Shown piece after piece: positions 28,455 to 37,139 of a stretch of 64,000 nucleotides of DNA. Position numbers and translations under genes: made by a program. Under the pieces are notes generated by a model. That model searched no databases. It worked only from the letters and a program-made list of their open reading frames with translations, and was not told the origin of the DNA. The DNA comes from Dehalococcoidia bacterium (GTDB lineage: Bacteria > Chloroflexota > Dehalococcoidia > Lucifugimonadales > Lucifugimonadaceae). The DNA lies in contig JAJEAU010000023.1 of assembly GCA_022824185.1 (NCBI GenBank), forward strand, positions 16,761-80,760. Reading direction: 5' to 3'. Numbering within the stretch: position 1 is the stretch's first letter; every line of letters starts with the position of its first letter.

Positions 28455-29672
28455 ATGACCCCGCCCGTCCTCCGCGTCTTCGCCATCCCTGGCTTCGCAC
28501 GCCTTTTAGCATCCGAAGCCCTCTTCGACATCGGAGCTGTCGCGCGCACCGCCGCACAGTCATGGGTCATGTACGACCTCACAGGTTCGAACCTATGGGT
28601 CGGACTCGTCTCCGGTATGCGCTCGATACCCATCCTCATCCTCCCCATCTTCGCCGGGGCAATTGCAGACCGCTTCGACCGACGGAAGATCCTCGCATTC
28701 GTCCGCACCGCACTCGCCATCGTCTCGATCATCCAGGCGATCCTCTTAGCCCTCGACATCATCGAACCATGGCACATGCTCGCTCTCGCCTTGGCCGCTG
28801 GAACCGTAGTCTCTTTCGCCATGCCCGCATTCTGGGCATACCTCGCCGACCTCGTTCCCGGACGATCTCTGCCCAGGGCTACTGCAATAGTCATGATGGG
28901 CGAAAACGCTGGCGAAATGGTCGCCCCAGTAATGGTCGGTTGGATCATCGCCACCGCCGGAGCCGACTGGGCTTACGGCATCGTCGCCGCAATCTATCTC
29001 CTCGGCGCGATCTTCATCCTCCGTGCGCCAAAGGGGCGCTACGCCGTCTCAGACGACGAATCCGACGACAAGCCAGCCTACTATGAATCCGTCAAACAGG
29101 GCATCGCCTACGCCCGCAAGAACCCCATCCTCCCGTGGCTCTTCATCATGAACGCCTCGGTGAACATCTTCGGCGTCGCCGTCTTCCCCCTGATGCCCGA
29201 ATACGCCACCAAGATCCTCGACGTCGGACCCGTCGGCTTCGGCGTGATGTCCGCCGCCTTGGGCATCGGCCTCGCCACAGGCAGCATCATCGTCGCCGTC
29301 TTTGGGCTGCCCCGACGCCTCATCTGGACAATCATCATCGTCAGCTTCGTCTGGGACTTCTGCATGATCGGCTTTGGCTTCTCCCGCATCTACCCCCTCA
29401 CGCTCGCCCTCCTCTTTCTCATGGGCATCGCCGGCATGATCTGGATGAACGCCATCATCAACCTCTTCCAACGCGAAGCAAGAGGCCCCATGCGCGGACG
29501 CGTGATGTCCCTCTTCACCATCGGCATGGGCCTTTTCCCCTTGGGCTGGACCTTCGGCGGCACCCTCTCAGCCCTAATCGGCAACGAACTGACTTTGATC
29601 ATCTCCGCCCTGGGCGGCACTCCCCTAGTCCTGCTGGCGATGCTCCTAGCCCCCGGCCTCCGTCGCTCCTAA
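28455..29672 (+). CDS. MFS transporter (EntS/MFS_3-like)
   Basis: 12 helices. Intact MFS motif A (GAIADRFDRRK) and second-half motif (RGPMRGRVMS). Confidence 0.85.
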   Translation: MTPPVLRVFAIPGFARLLASEALFDIGAVARTAAQSWVMYDLTGSNLWVGLVSGMRSIPILILPIFAGAIADRFDRRKILAFVRTALAIVSIIQAILLALDIIEPWHMLALALAAGTVVSFAMPAFWAYLADLVPGRSLPRATAIVMMGENAGEMVAPVMVGWIIATAGADWAYGIVAAIYLLGAIFILRAPKGRYAVSDDESDDKPAYYESVKQGIAYARKNPILPWLFIMNASVNIFGVAVFPLMPEYATKILDVGPVGFGVMSAALGIGLATGSIIVAVFGLPRRLIWTIIIVSFVWDFCMIGFGFSRIYPLTLALLFLMGIAGMIWMNAIINLFQREARGPMRGRVMSLFTIGMGLFPLGWTFGGTLSALIGNELTLIISALGGTPLVLLAMLLAPGLRRS

Positions 29673-29704
29673 CCTTAGATCCCCCTCTCTAGATCCATCT
29701 CGCC

Positions 29705-30553
29705 TTATTCATGTTCGTACACCATTGCCTCAACCCCATTCACCAAAACCCGATACGCCAACCCAGTCTCAAGACCCGATTCAATCACAGCGATCGCATC
29801 CAACTCCACAACCTCGGCATCGCAATCCGGCGACCATGCCGTCTCAGGATGCTCCATCAAAGTCACCGTCAGCCTGATCTCATCCCCAACAACCTCATGC
29901 GCCTCCGTCCCACGACGAGCGCAACCCTCAACAGTCGATTGCAGATAGGTAACCCTAACCGTCGGCAGCTGCTCCCCATCCAACAATTCGACTCCAGTAA
30001 CTTCCACTGGCACCTCGATCCAAGACCGCCAATCAGGATCGCCTTCCTCTACCAGTCCCGGTGGAGGTTGCACCAACACCAATCGCATATCCATCCGATC
30101 CGGATTACCCCTCGTAATCACGTCATACGCCGTGTCATTCGTAAACGCCATCCGTCCATCCGCCTCAAAGATCGTCGCCTGCACCCCGTACGTGTTCCGG
30201 TTCTTGATGTCCCCGCTGCTATACCCAAGCTCAACCTCAATCGGCACCTGCCCTGGATCATAGATCGTCCGCCTCGAAACCAGAGGCGCCGCCGAATCCT
30301 GCAGCGAAACGTCCCGCAACTCAACCACCAACCTCGCACCCGACGACAACGCGATCCGTTCTAGATATGAGACTCTGACATCCACCGACCTGTCGACCCG
30401 ATTCCCAGAAGGAATCTCAAGAACATCCTCACTCTTCGATCCCAGATCCGGCTCGATAACTCCCTCCCGTGCGTCGTAACAAGCCACTGCCACCATCCAA
30501 AAAGCCACCACACTCAGAACGCACACCAAATATCGGAACATCCTCGCCTTCAT
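29705..30553 (-). CDS. YbaY-like lipoprotein
   Basis: Start at ATG 30553, preceded by AAGGAG. Signal MKARMFRYLVCVLSVVAFWMVAVAC (lipobox). The core RLVVELRDVSLQDSAAPLVSRRTIYDPGQVPIEVELGY...YGVQATIFEADGRMAFTND matches the YbaY pattern. Confidence 0.7.
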   Translation of the reverse strand: MKARMFRYLVCVLSVVAFWMVAVACYDAREGVIEPDLGSKSEDVLEIPSGNRVDRSVDVRVSYLERIALSSGARLVVELRDVSLQDSAAPLVSRRTIYDPGQVPIEVELGYSSGDIKNRNTYGVQATIFEADGRMAFTNDTAYDVITRGNPDRMDMRLVLVQPPPGLVEEGDPDWRSWIEVPVEVTGVELLDGEQLPTVRVTYLQSTVEGCARRGTEAHEVVGDEIRLTVTLMEHPETAWSPDCDAEVVELDAIAVIESGLETGLAYRVLVNGVEAMVYEHE

Positions 30554-30651
30554 ATCGATCTCCTTGCCTATAGGTTCGCGTTTCCGAACCTCTACAAACA
30601 AGACGCAACCGAGCGGTCAAATGTTCCCGACCAACACCCCGCTCCCGAGGA

Positions 30652-32250
30652 TCACCCGCGGAAATTCGTCTTCGTCCGCCTCAAAGCCTCGTTCCAACCA
30701 GCCATCAGATTCACCCGCCGACTCTCTGACATGTCAGGTTCATAACGCAGTTCACAACTCCAAAGCTCCGCCAACTCCCGATCCGACCGCCAAATCCCAG
30801 AGGCTCGACCCGCCAAAAACGCCGCTCCTAAGGCTGTCGTCTCATCCATCGCTGAGACCTCAATCGGACGGTCCAACAGATCCGCCTGGAACTGCATCAA
30901 GAACGGACTCCGAGTTTGCCCGCCATCGACCCTTAGCACTCTCTCTCGCCGATTGCCCCGTCTTGGCAACCGCAACTGAGAGTCCATGATGTCCACAACT
31001 TCCTTCACCTGGTAAGCCGTCGACTCCAGCGCCGCCCTGATCACATGGTCCTTCGTCGTCCCTCTGCTGATCCCAGTGATCGATGCCCGCGCATGAGGAT
31101 CCCAGTGCGGCGACCCCAAACCCGAAAACGCCGGCACCAGATACACTCCGCCGTTATCCCCCAGCATCACCGCGATATCCGAAGACTCCGCCGCATCACC
31201 AATGATCCCGAGCCCATCCCGCAACCACTGCATCGTCGAACCCGTGTTGAAGATCGAAGCCTCGAGCGCGTACGCCTTCGATCCCCCTGCCTGCCAACCA
31301 AGCGTAAACAGCAAACCGCCCGACGCTTTTTCTAGATCGTCTGCACCCATCTCCCCCGCGGCGCCGTCGGTGAACAGCGAATGGGATTCCGTTCCGCTGT
31401 TTGCCAGCAGAAACGCACCCGTCCCATACGTGCACTTCATGTCTCCGCGAGCAAAACACGCTTGTCCATACAATGCCGCATTTTGGTCACCAGCCACCCC
31501 GGTTATCGGAATCTCCCGACCAAAAATCGAAGGATGTGTCACCGCGAAATGCCCCGCTGAGGGCATCGGCGTCGGCAACGCCACCTCAGGAATCCCAAAG
31601 ATCCGAAGCAGGTCCGGATCCCAACTCAGATCGTGGATATTCAAGAGCATCGTCCGTCCAGCATTAGTGACATCCGTCAAATGCGGAACGTCATCCCCAC
31701 CTCCGCCGCTCTCGCCTCTCACAAGTTGATCGATCAACCAAGAATCCACCGTCCCGAACCGCACATCTCCGTTTTCAAGCCTACCTTGCAAGTTCGGGAT
31801 CGCCAAATGATCCATCATCCACCGCATCTTCGTCGCAGAGAAATATGGATCAACAATCAACCCCGTCCGCGCCCAGATGTCGTCGGCAACACCCGCATCG
31901 CTCAGCGCATTACACATCTCTACCGTGCGATGGTCCTGCCAAACAATCGCATTCGACATCGGCAATCCGCTCCGGCTCTCCCAGATAACCGTAGTCTCAC
32001 GCTGATTGGTAATCCCCAACGCCTCGACATCAGCCGCCGAAGCACCAGCCTCGTGAAGAGCGTGCCGAGCCGTCCCAATCGCGCTCTCAGCTATCTCAAC
32101 CGGGTCATGCTCAACCCATCCAGGCTGCGGGAAGATTTGCCTGATCTCCCGCTGCGCCGATCCAATCGGTCGAGCCTCATCATCAAAAACGATCGCACGA
32201 GTCGAAGTCGTGCCTTGATCGATCGTCAGGATCAATGAAGCGTCGGCCAT
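30652..32250 (-). CDS. glpK: Glycerol kinase (FGGY family)
   Basis: LILTIDQGTTSTRAIVFDDEARPIGSAQREIRQIFPQPGWVEHDPVEI and later FGGY motifs. Somewhat longer than usual (532 aa). Confidence 0.88.
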   Translation of the reverse strand: MADASLILTIDQGTTSTRAIVFDDEARPIGSAQREIRQIFPQPGWVEHDPVEIAESAIGTARHALHEAGASAADVEALGITNQRETTVIWESRSGLPMSNAIVWQDHRTVEMCNALSDAGVADDIWARTGLIVDPYFSATKMRWMMDHLAIPNLQGRLENGDVRFGTVDSWLIDQLVRGESGGGGDDVPHLTDVTNAGRTMLLNIHDLSWDPDLLRIFGIPEVALPTPMPSAGHFAVTHPSIFGREIPITGVAGDQNAALYGQACFARGDMKCTYGTGAFLLANSGTESHSLFTDGAAGEMGADDLEKASGGLLFTLGWQAGGSKAYALEASIFNTGSTMQWLRDGLGIIGDAAESSDIAVMLGDNGGVYLVPAFSGLGSPHWDPHARASITGISRGTTKDHVIRAALESTAYQVKEVVDIMDSQLRLPRRGNRRERVLRVDGGQTRSPFLMQFQADLLDRPIEVSAMDETTALGAAFLAGRASGIWRSDRELAELWSCELRYEPDMSESRRVNLMAGWNEALRRTKTNFRG

Positions 32251-32252
32251 CG

Positions 32253-32996
32253 CTACGCGAACAGCGGATTGTTACCGCCGAACGCGTCGATCGCGGTCCC
32301 AGTCACCGCTGACGATTTCTCGGAAGCTAGAAATACTGCCACGTTTGCGATCTCCGAAGGAAGCATCAAATCTGGATTGTCCTCACGTCCCCGATTGCCG
32401 AAGGCTTCCCGGTAACCCTCCGTGTCGGTCCCGCCGGGACAAATTGCATTCACGTTGATCCCATGCTCATGCAACTCCGCTGCCAGCGACTGCGTCAAGC
32501 TGATCAACGCCGACTTCGTTACCCGATACGCGCTCCGACCACGTCCGCCACTCCGACCACCGATACTCGAGACATTGATGATCGTTCCACCGCCCTGGTC
32601 GACCATCGATGGAATCACCGCCTTAGTCAGCATCGCCGCCGCGTTTAGATTCACCTCGATCACGTCGTACCAGACGTCATCATCCAGATCAACCAAATCG
32701 ATCCGCGGATGGATGATCGCCGCATTGTTCACCAGAACATCGATCCGTCCAAACTCCGCCAAAACTGCTGGTACTATCCTCGCGACCTGCGCCCGATCCG
32801 AGAAATCCGATTGACAAACCAGCGCCTTCGCCCCCAAATCACGCACCCGGGCAGCAGTTGCCTCAAGCTCCGACAAAGTACGGCCCGTCACCGCAACGTT
32901 GACACCCTCTGCAGCGAAAGCGTACGCGCAAGCCCGTCCGATTCCCTTTGATCCGCCGGTCACAAGCGCGACCTTCCCTTGAAACTCGGAACTCAT
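32253..32996 (-). CDS. Short-chain dehydrogenase/reductase (FabG-like)
   Basis: TGGSKGIGRA, NNAA, and YRVTKSAL (YxxxK). Overlaps the upstream kinase gene by 4 nt. Confidence 0.88.
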   Translation of the reverse strand: MSSEFQGKVALVTGGSKGIGRACAYAFAAEGVNVAVTGRTLSELEATAARVRDLGAKALVCQSDFSDRAQVARIVPAVLAEFGRIDVLVNNAAIIHPRIDLVDLDDDVWYDVIEVNLNAAAMLTKAVIPSMVDQGGGTIINVSSIGGRSGGRGRSAYRVTKSALISLTQSLAAELHEHGINVNAICPGGTDTEGYREAFGNRGREDNPDLMLPSEIANVAVFLASEKSSAVTGTAIDAFGGNNPLFA

Positions 32997-34018
32997 CGCT
33001 GAACTCGACCGCTCACATCGCCTCCGGCCACACTCATCACCTCACTCACCGAGACCAAGTTGAAATCGCCATGGAAAGTATGCGCAAGAGCCGACGAAGC
33101 GGCTGCAAACCCGAGGATCTGACCCGAACTCCAACCGTCCTGCAGGTTCCCGTAGATGATGCCCGCTGAGAACGCGTCACCACCGCCGACCCGATCCACG
33201 ATCCGCACCGGATACTTCGGCGCAATCAAGACGTCGCTACCGTCGTAGTAGATTGCCGACCAGTCGTTGTCATCTGCAGACTGCGACTCTCGGAGCGTGA
33301 TCCCAACCTGTTCAAATCCAAATTCATCGACTAGTTGATTGACCACCGGCTCATACGCGCTCGCGTCAATCTCCCCGCTCGTCACATCGACGCCTTCTGC
33401 GGCAACACCCAACGACATCTCCGCATCCTCCTCATTGCCGATCGCAACATCCACATGCTTCATCATCGGACGCATCACCGCCTGTGCCTCGGCAGGCGAC
33501 CATAGATTCTTACGGTAGTTCATATCCGCAGATACCTTCAACCCCATCGACTTCGCAATCGAAGCCGCCTCATCACACGCCTTCGCGGCCGACTCCGAGA
33601 TCGCAGGCGTGATACCCGTGAAGTGGAACCAGTCCTTGCCCTCGAATATCCGCTCCCACTCGACTTCACCCGGTCCCAACTCAGCAATAGACGATGCAGC
33701 GCGGTCGTAGATCACCTTGGACGCCCTCATCGCCGCACCGTTCTCGAGGTAATACGTCCCCAATCGTTGTCCCTGACGAAGGATCTCAGACGTATCCACT
33801 CCCCACTGCCGAACGTAGTTGATGCAAGCCTGGCCGATGTCATTATCCGGGATCGCACTCACGTACACAGAGTCAATTCCGAAATTGGCAAGCGACACCG
33901 CCACGTTGCACTCGCCCCCGCCGTACGTGACCTCGAACTCTCGCGCCTGAGTGAACCGCTCTCGCCGCATCGTTGCGAGACGAAGCATAATCTCACCGAA
34001 CGTGACAACTGATGGCAT
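32993..34018 (-). CDS. kdgK: PfkB-family sugar kinase, 2-dehydro-3-deoxygluconokinase-like
   Basis: VVTFGEIMLRL...EVTYGGGECNVAVSLANFG N-terminus and the C-terminal DRVGGGDAFSAG motif. Confidence 0.8.
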   Translation of the reverse strand: MPSVVTFGEIMLRLATMRRERFTQAREFEVTYGGGECNVAVSLANFGIDSVYVSAIPDNDIGQACINYVRQWGVDTSEILRQGQRLGTYYLENGAAMRASKVIYDRAASSIAELGPGEVEWERIFEGKDWFHFTGITPAISESAAKACDEAASIAKSMGLKVSADMNYRKNLWSPAEAQAVMRPMMKHVDVAIGNEEDAEMSLGVAAEGVDVTSGEIDASAYEPVVNQLVDEFGFEQVGITLRESQSADDNDWSAIYYDGSDVLIAPKYPVRIVDRVGGGDAFSAGIIYGNLQDGWSSGQILGFAAASSALAHTFHGDFNLVSVSEVMSVAGGDVSGRVQR

Positions 34019-34064
34019 CTATCCAATCTCCTTTGGTGCTCTGTGCATTGGGCCTTCCCCGTTC

Positions 34065-34868
34065 CTAGTAAAAGGTCGCGTTCTCCTCGTCGCCTTCACC
34101 TCCAGAACCAGACGCAACATTCGCGAGTTCACTATCCACAGCCGATTTCAACAACCTCACATCCGAAGCTATCGGGAACCAGGTCATCCCCTGTTCTATT
34201 CGCCGGGCCGCCTCATTCCCATCGATGCAATGGATCCCCGTCGCAACTCCGTGCTTCTTACCCGCCGCCACCACAGTCTCCACAGCCTTCACATGATCAG
34301 GATGCTGGTTGTCTAGTCCCGTAGGCACTCCCAGCGAGCTTGCCAGATCATTGGGCCCCACGAAACAGACATCCAGATCCGGTACCGCCATGATCATGTC
34401 GATCCGATCCACCGCCCGCCAGTCCTCGATCATGCACACGACCATCATCAGATCGTTGGCTTTCTCGTAGTAGTCGGAACCATACACAAGCTGCCCACGA
34501 GTCGAACCGATGCCCCGCAACCCACGAGGCCGATACTTCGCCGCAACCACAGCGCGTTCAGCTTCGTCCTCATCCTTCACATCCGGTACCACGATGCCCG
34601 TGAAACCGATGTCGAGAACACGCTTGACCCAGATCGGATCATTGCTAGGTATCCGCGCGAACATCGGTTTGCCTGAGCCGTTCCCGGCACGGAGGCAGTT
34701 GACGGCCGTCGATACATCGATCGGATTGTGTTCAAAATCCAACGTCACCCAATCAAGATCGGTCGTGTGCAGCAACGTCTCTATCACAGTCGGATCGCCA
34801 CTTGCCGACCACGTGCCCAACGAGGGTTTGCCCTCGGCGAGTTTAGCCTTTACCGGATTGACGTCCAT
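34065..34868 (-). CDS. HpcH/HpaI-family class II 2-keto-3-deoxy-acid aldolase
   Basis: …GTWSASGDPTVIETL…DWVTLDFEHNP… and …MVVCMIEDWRAVDRIDMIMAVPDLDVCFVGPNDLASSLG. Confidence 0.85.
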   Translation of the reverse strand: MDVNPVKAKLAEGKPSLGTWSASGDPTVIETLLHTTDLDWVTLDFEHNPIDVSTAVNCLRAGNGSGKPMFARIPSNDPIWVKRVLDIGFTGIVVPDVKDEDEAERAVVAAKYRPRGLRGIGSTRGQLVYGSDYYEKANDLMMVVCMIEDWRAVDRIDMIMAVPDLDVCFVGPNDLASSLGVPTGLDNQHPDHVKAVETVVAAGKKHGVATGIHCIDGNEAARRIEQGMTWFPIASDVRLLKSAVDSELANVASGSGGEGDEENATFY

Positions 34869-34989
34869 ATTTCCTGACCTCGTACGATCGCGCGCAGAAT
34901 GAGATTAACACACCTACTTTTCGGCAATCCCACACCCAAACAGTAGACTCGGTTAAGTTGATTCGCTAAACGTCATCAGGAGATACCGA

Positions 34990-35664
34990 ATGGCACGCCA
35001 TTCAAAGCTAAAAGTCCTAAACGCAATGCACGAGATCGGCGTCGTCCCCGTGTTTTACAACGGCGACCTCGACAGTGCACAGAACATCGCCAAAGCCTGC
35101 GTTGCGGGGGGCATCCGCGTCCTCGAATTCACCAATCGCGGAGACCACGCATGGGAAGTCTTTTCGAGCTTGGACAAATTCTGCGCCGCCGAACTGCCCG
35201 ACGCGATCCTCGGAGCCGGATCGGTCCTCGATGCCGGAACCGCATCGATCTACATCAGCAACGGAGCCAGCTTCATAGTCGGACCCGTGACGAACCCCGA
35301 CGTAGCCAAAGTCTGCAACCGCCGCAAGATCCCATACATCCCCGGATGCGGAACAGCATCAGAAATTTCTGCCGCCGAAGAACTGGGTGCTGACATCGTA
35401 AAGATCTTCCCAGGTTCAGCCGTCGGAGGACCCGGATTCGTCAAAGACGTCTTGGCACCCATGCCATGGTCCTCCATCATGCCGACGGGCGGCGTAGACA
35501 TCACCGAAGCGTCGTTGCGGCCATGGTTCGAAGCCGGCGTCTGCGCAGTTGGTATGGGGTCGAGATTGGTATCCAGCGACGTTGTTGCAGATGGGGACTG
35601 GTCGACGCTTGAGGCGCGAAGTCGCGACGTTGTGGGATTGATCCGCAAGATTCGAGGTAGTTGA
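34990..35664 (+). CDS. eda: KDPG / 4-hydroxy-2-oxoglutarate aldolase (class I)
   Basis: …GIRVLEFTNR…, …IPGCGTASEISAAEELGADIVKIFPG… (Schiff-base Lys context), and size of 224 aa. Confidence 0.85.
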   Translation: MARHSKLKVLNAMHEIGVVPVFYNGDLDSAQNIAKACVAGGIRVLEFTNRGDHAWEVFSSLDKFCAAELPDAILGAGSVLDAGTASIYISNGASFIVGPVTNPDVAKVCNRRKIPYIPGCGTASEISAAEELGADIVKIFPGSAVGGPGFVKDVLAPMPWSSIMPTGGVDITEASLRPWFEAGVCAVGMGSRLVSSDVVADGDWSTLEARSRDVVGLIRKIRGS

Positions 35665-35671
35665 ACCTTAC

Positions 35672-35699
35672 AGGCATTAACACGTACGAAATAATGCCT
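35672..35699. terminator. Perfect 8-bp hairpin between convergent eda and fic (possible bidirectional terminator)
   Basis: AGGCATTA-12 nt-TAATGCCT. No strong U-run on either strand. Confidence 0.35.
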
Positions 35700-35702
35700 C
35701 GA

Positions 35703-35715
35703 ATTATACATATAC
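35703..35715. repeat. Copy i of a 13-bp motif flanking fic (ATTATACATATAC)
   Basis: Identical to copy iii in its first 11 nt. Confidence 0.6.
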
Positions 35716-35774
35716 CTCGGGGTATGCTAAAGCGTCGTACCTCAACCGATTGGCATGATCAAAATCGGGGAAAA

Positions 35775-35787
35775 AATGTACATATCG
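35775..35787. repeat. Copy ii of the 13-bp motif (AATGTACATATCG), 4 nt from the fic stop
   Basis: Matches copy iii at 11 of 13 positions (the last 9 nt are identical). Confidence 0.6.
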
Positions 35788-35790
35788 TGA

Positions 35791-36918
35791 TTAGCCATCC
35801 CCGAAGTGAACTACGAATTCCATGTCGTCGGACCTGCCAACCAAGATCTCGATAAGCTGGCTGTTACGAAATAGTTGATGGCGACCAGACTTGATGCGTT
35901 CCAACATGCCGGCTTTGGCGAGCGCCTCCAACCGCGAACGCGCCGTTGCTCTGGTCACCCCGTCGACCTCCTGCACCATCTTGGTTGTGGCGTAGGGACG
36001 CATGAACAGCAGGTCCATAAGCTGCTCCGACGATGCGGTGGGTGCATCGATCCTCGCTCTGTCAGCGAACTCCCGGCGCAGTTCACGGATCTTGGTCAAG
36101 TTGTCCCGGCCTTCTTCAGCTACTTCCTTCACACCACCCAAAATGAACCGAATCCATGCTTCCCATGCACCCGCTTCGGTAACGGACCGCAAACCTGCAT
36201 AGTACTCTCGGCGATGGCTGAGAAAGTACCGGCTCAAGTACAGCACGGGTTGGTCGAGCAGTCCTTTTAGCAACAGAAAAAGGATGTTGATGATGCGTCC
36301 CGTTCTCCCGTTGCCGTCCGGGAAGGGATGGATGGCCTCGAACTGGTAGTGGATAATCGCCATTTTGACGATGGGGTCCAACGTGGAGGCGTCATCGTTT
36401 GCGAAATTCAAAAGGTTTTCGATGAGACGGAGCAACGTAGGTTTCCCATAGGGCGGTGTGTAGGCCACGTATCTAGTCAGCGGGTTACCTATGTAGACAG
36501 GGGTATCCCTTATGTCGGTCTTCGATCCGAGGATCTGGCCACATATGTCCGTCAACAGTTGCGCGTTCAGTTGCGGTTGGTCCCGCAATCTCTCGATGCC
36601 CAAGGAAAGCGCTGGGCGATATCGTGCCGCCTCCTTCGTGGCATCGGATGCCCGTTCGTTACCGACGGCGAGATACCTGTAGAGTTCATCGCTTGTCGTG
36701 ATGACGTTTTCGATTTCCGAACTAGCGACGGCCTCGGCGATGGCGAACGTATCGATCAGCAACTGTGGATTGGGAACGCTCAGGGCCGTACCGTTGAGGT
36801 TGGCGAGGGCGCGACTCGCCAAGTTCAATGCGCGCATCACTCCGAGGGTTTCTATCTCGGTAACGGGCGGCAATTCAGGAAGCGAGTTGTAGGGGCTACG
36901 AGGATCGAACTCGGTCAT
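35791..36918 (-). CDS. Fic-family protein (AMPylase-type, class II with N-terminal inhibitory motif, C-terminal wHTH)
   Basis: Fic motif HPFPDGNGRTGR. N-terminal SSEIEN matches the (S/T)xxxE(G/N) auto-inhibition motif. The C-terminal ...TRATARSRLEALAKAGMLERI is winged-helix-like. The gene and its flanks are visibly AT-richer than the surroundings. Confidence 0.9.
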   Translation of the reverse strand: MTEFDPRSPYNSLPELPPVTEIETLGVMRALNLASRALANLNGTALSVPNPQLLIDTFAIAEAVASSEIENVITTSDELYRYLAVGNERASDATKEAARYRPALSLGIERLRDQPQLNAQLLTDICGQILGSKTDIRDTPVYIGNPLTRYVAYTPPYGKPTLLRLIENLLNFANDDASTLDPIVKMAIIHYQFEAIHPFPDGNGRTGRIINILFLLLKGLLDQPVLYLSRYFLSHRREYYAGLRSVTEAGAWEAWIRFILGGVKEVAEEGRDNLTKIRELRREFADRARIDAPTASSEQLMDLLFMRPYATTKMVQEVDGVTRATARSRLEALAKAGMLERIKSGRHQLFRNSQLIEILVGRSDDMEFVVHFGDG

Positions 36919-36961
36919 TGATCGCCTCTTCGCTGGAGAAATATATAAAACACTACCCTAT

Positions 36962-36974
36962 ATTATACATATCG
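36962..36974. repeat. Copy iii of the 13-bp motif (ATTATACATATCG), upstream of fic
   Basis: A hybrid of copies i and ii: the first 11 nt match copy i and the last 9 nt match copy ii. Confidence 0.6.
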
Positions 36975-37054
36975 CACTTCAAATGTACAACTCGTGAACA
37001 CATCAAGTACGATATGCACGAAACAAGGACTAAATTTGCACATGTTTCGCCGTT

Positions 37055-37073
37055 GTGATCAAGCATTGATCAC
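37055..37073. promoter_or_regulatory. Perfect 7-bp inverted repeat GTGATCA-AGCAT-TGATCAC in the fic upstream region (candidate operator)
   Basis: Read directly from the sequence. Lies in the 220-bp AT-rich gap between fic and the NAD-kinase-like gene, together with two TGTACA palindromes (36983, 37086). Confidence 0.3.
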
Positions 37074-37139
37074 CAACAAAACAACATGTACAAAATCCAG
37101 CACATATTTATGCGTGTCACGGCCGATTGTGCCCAGCTC

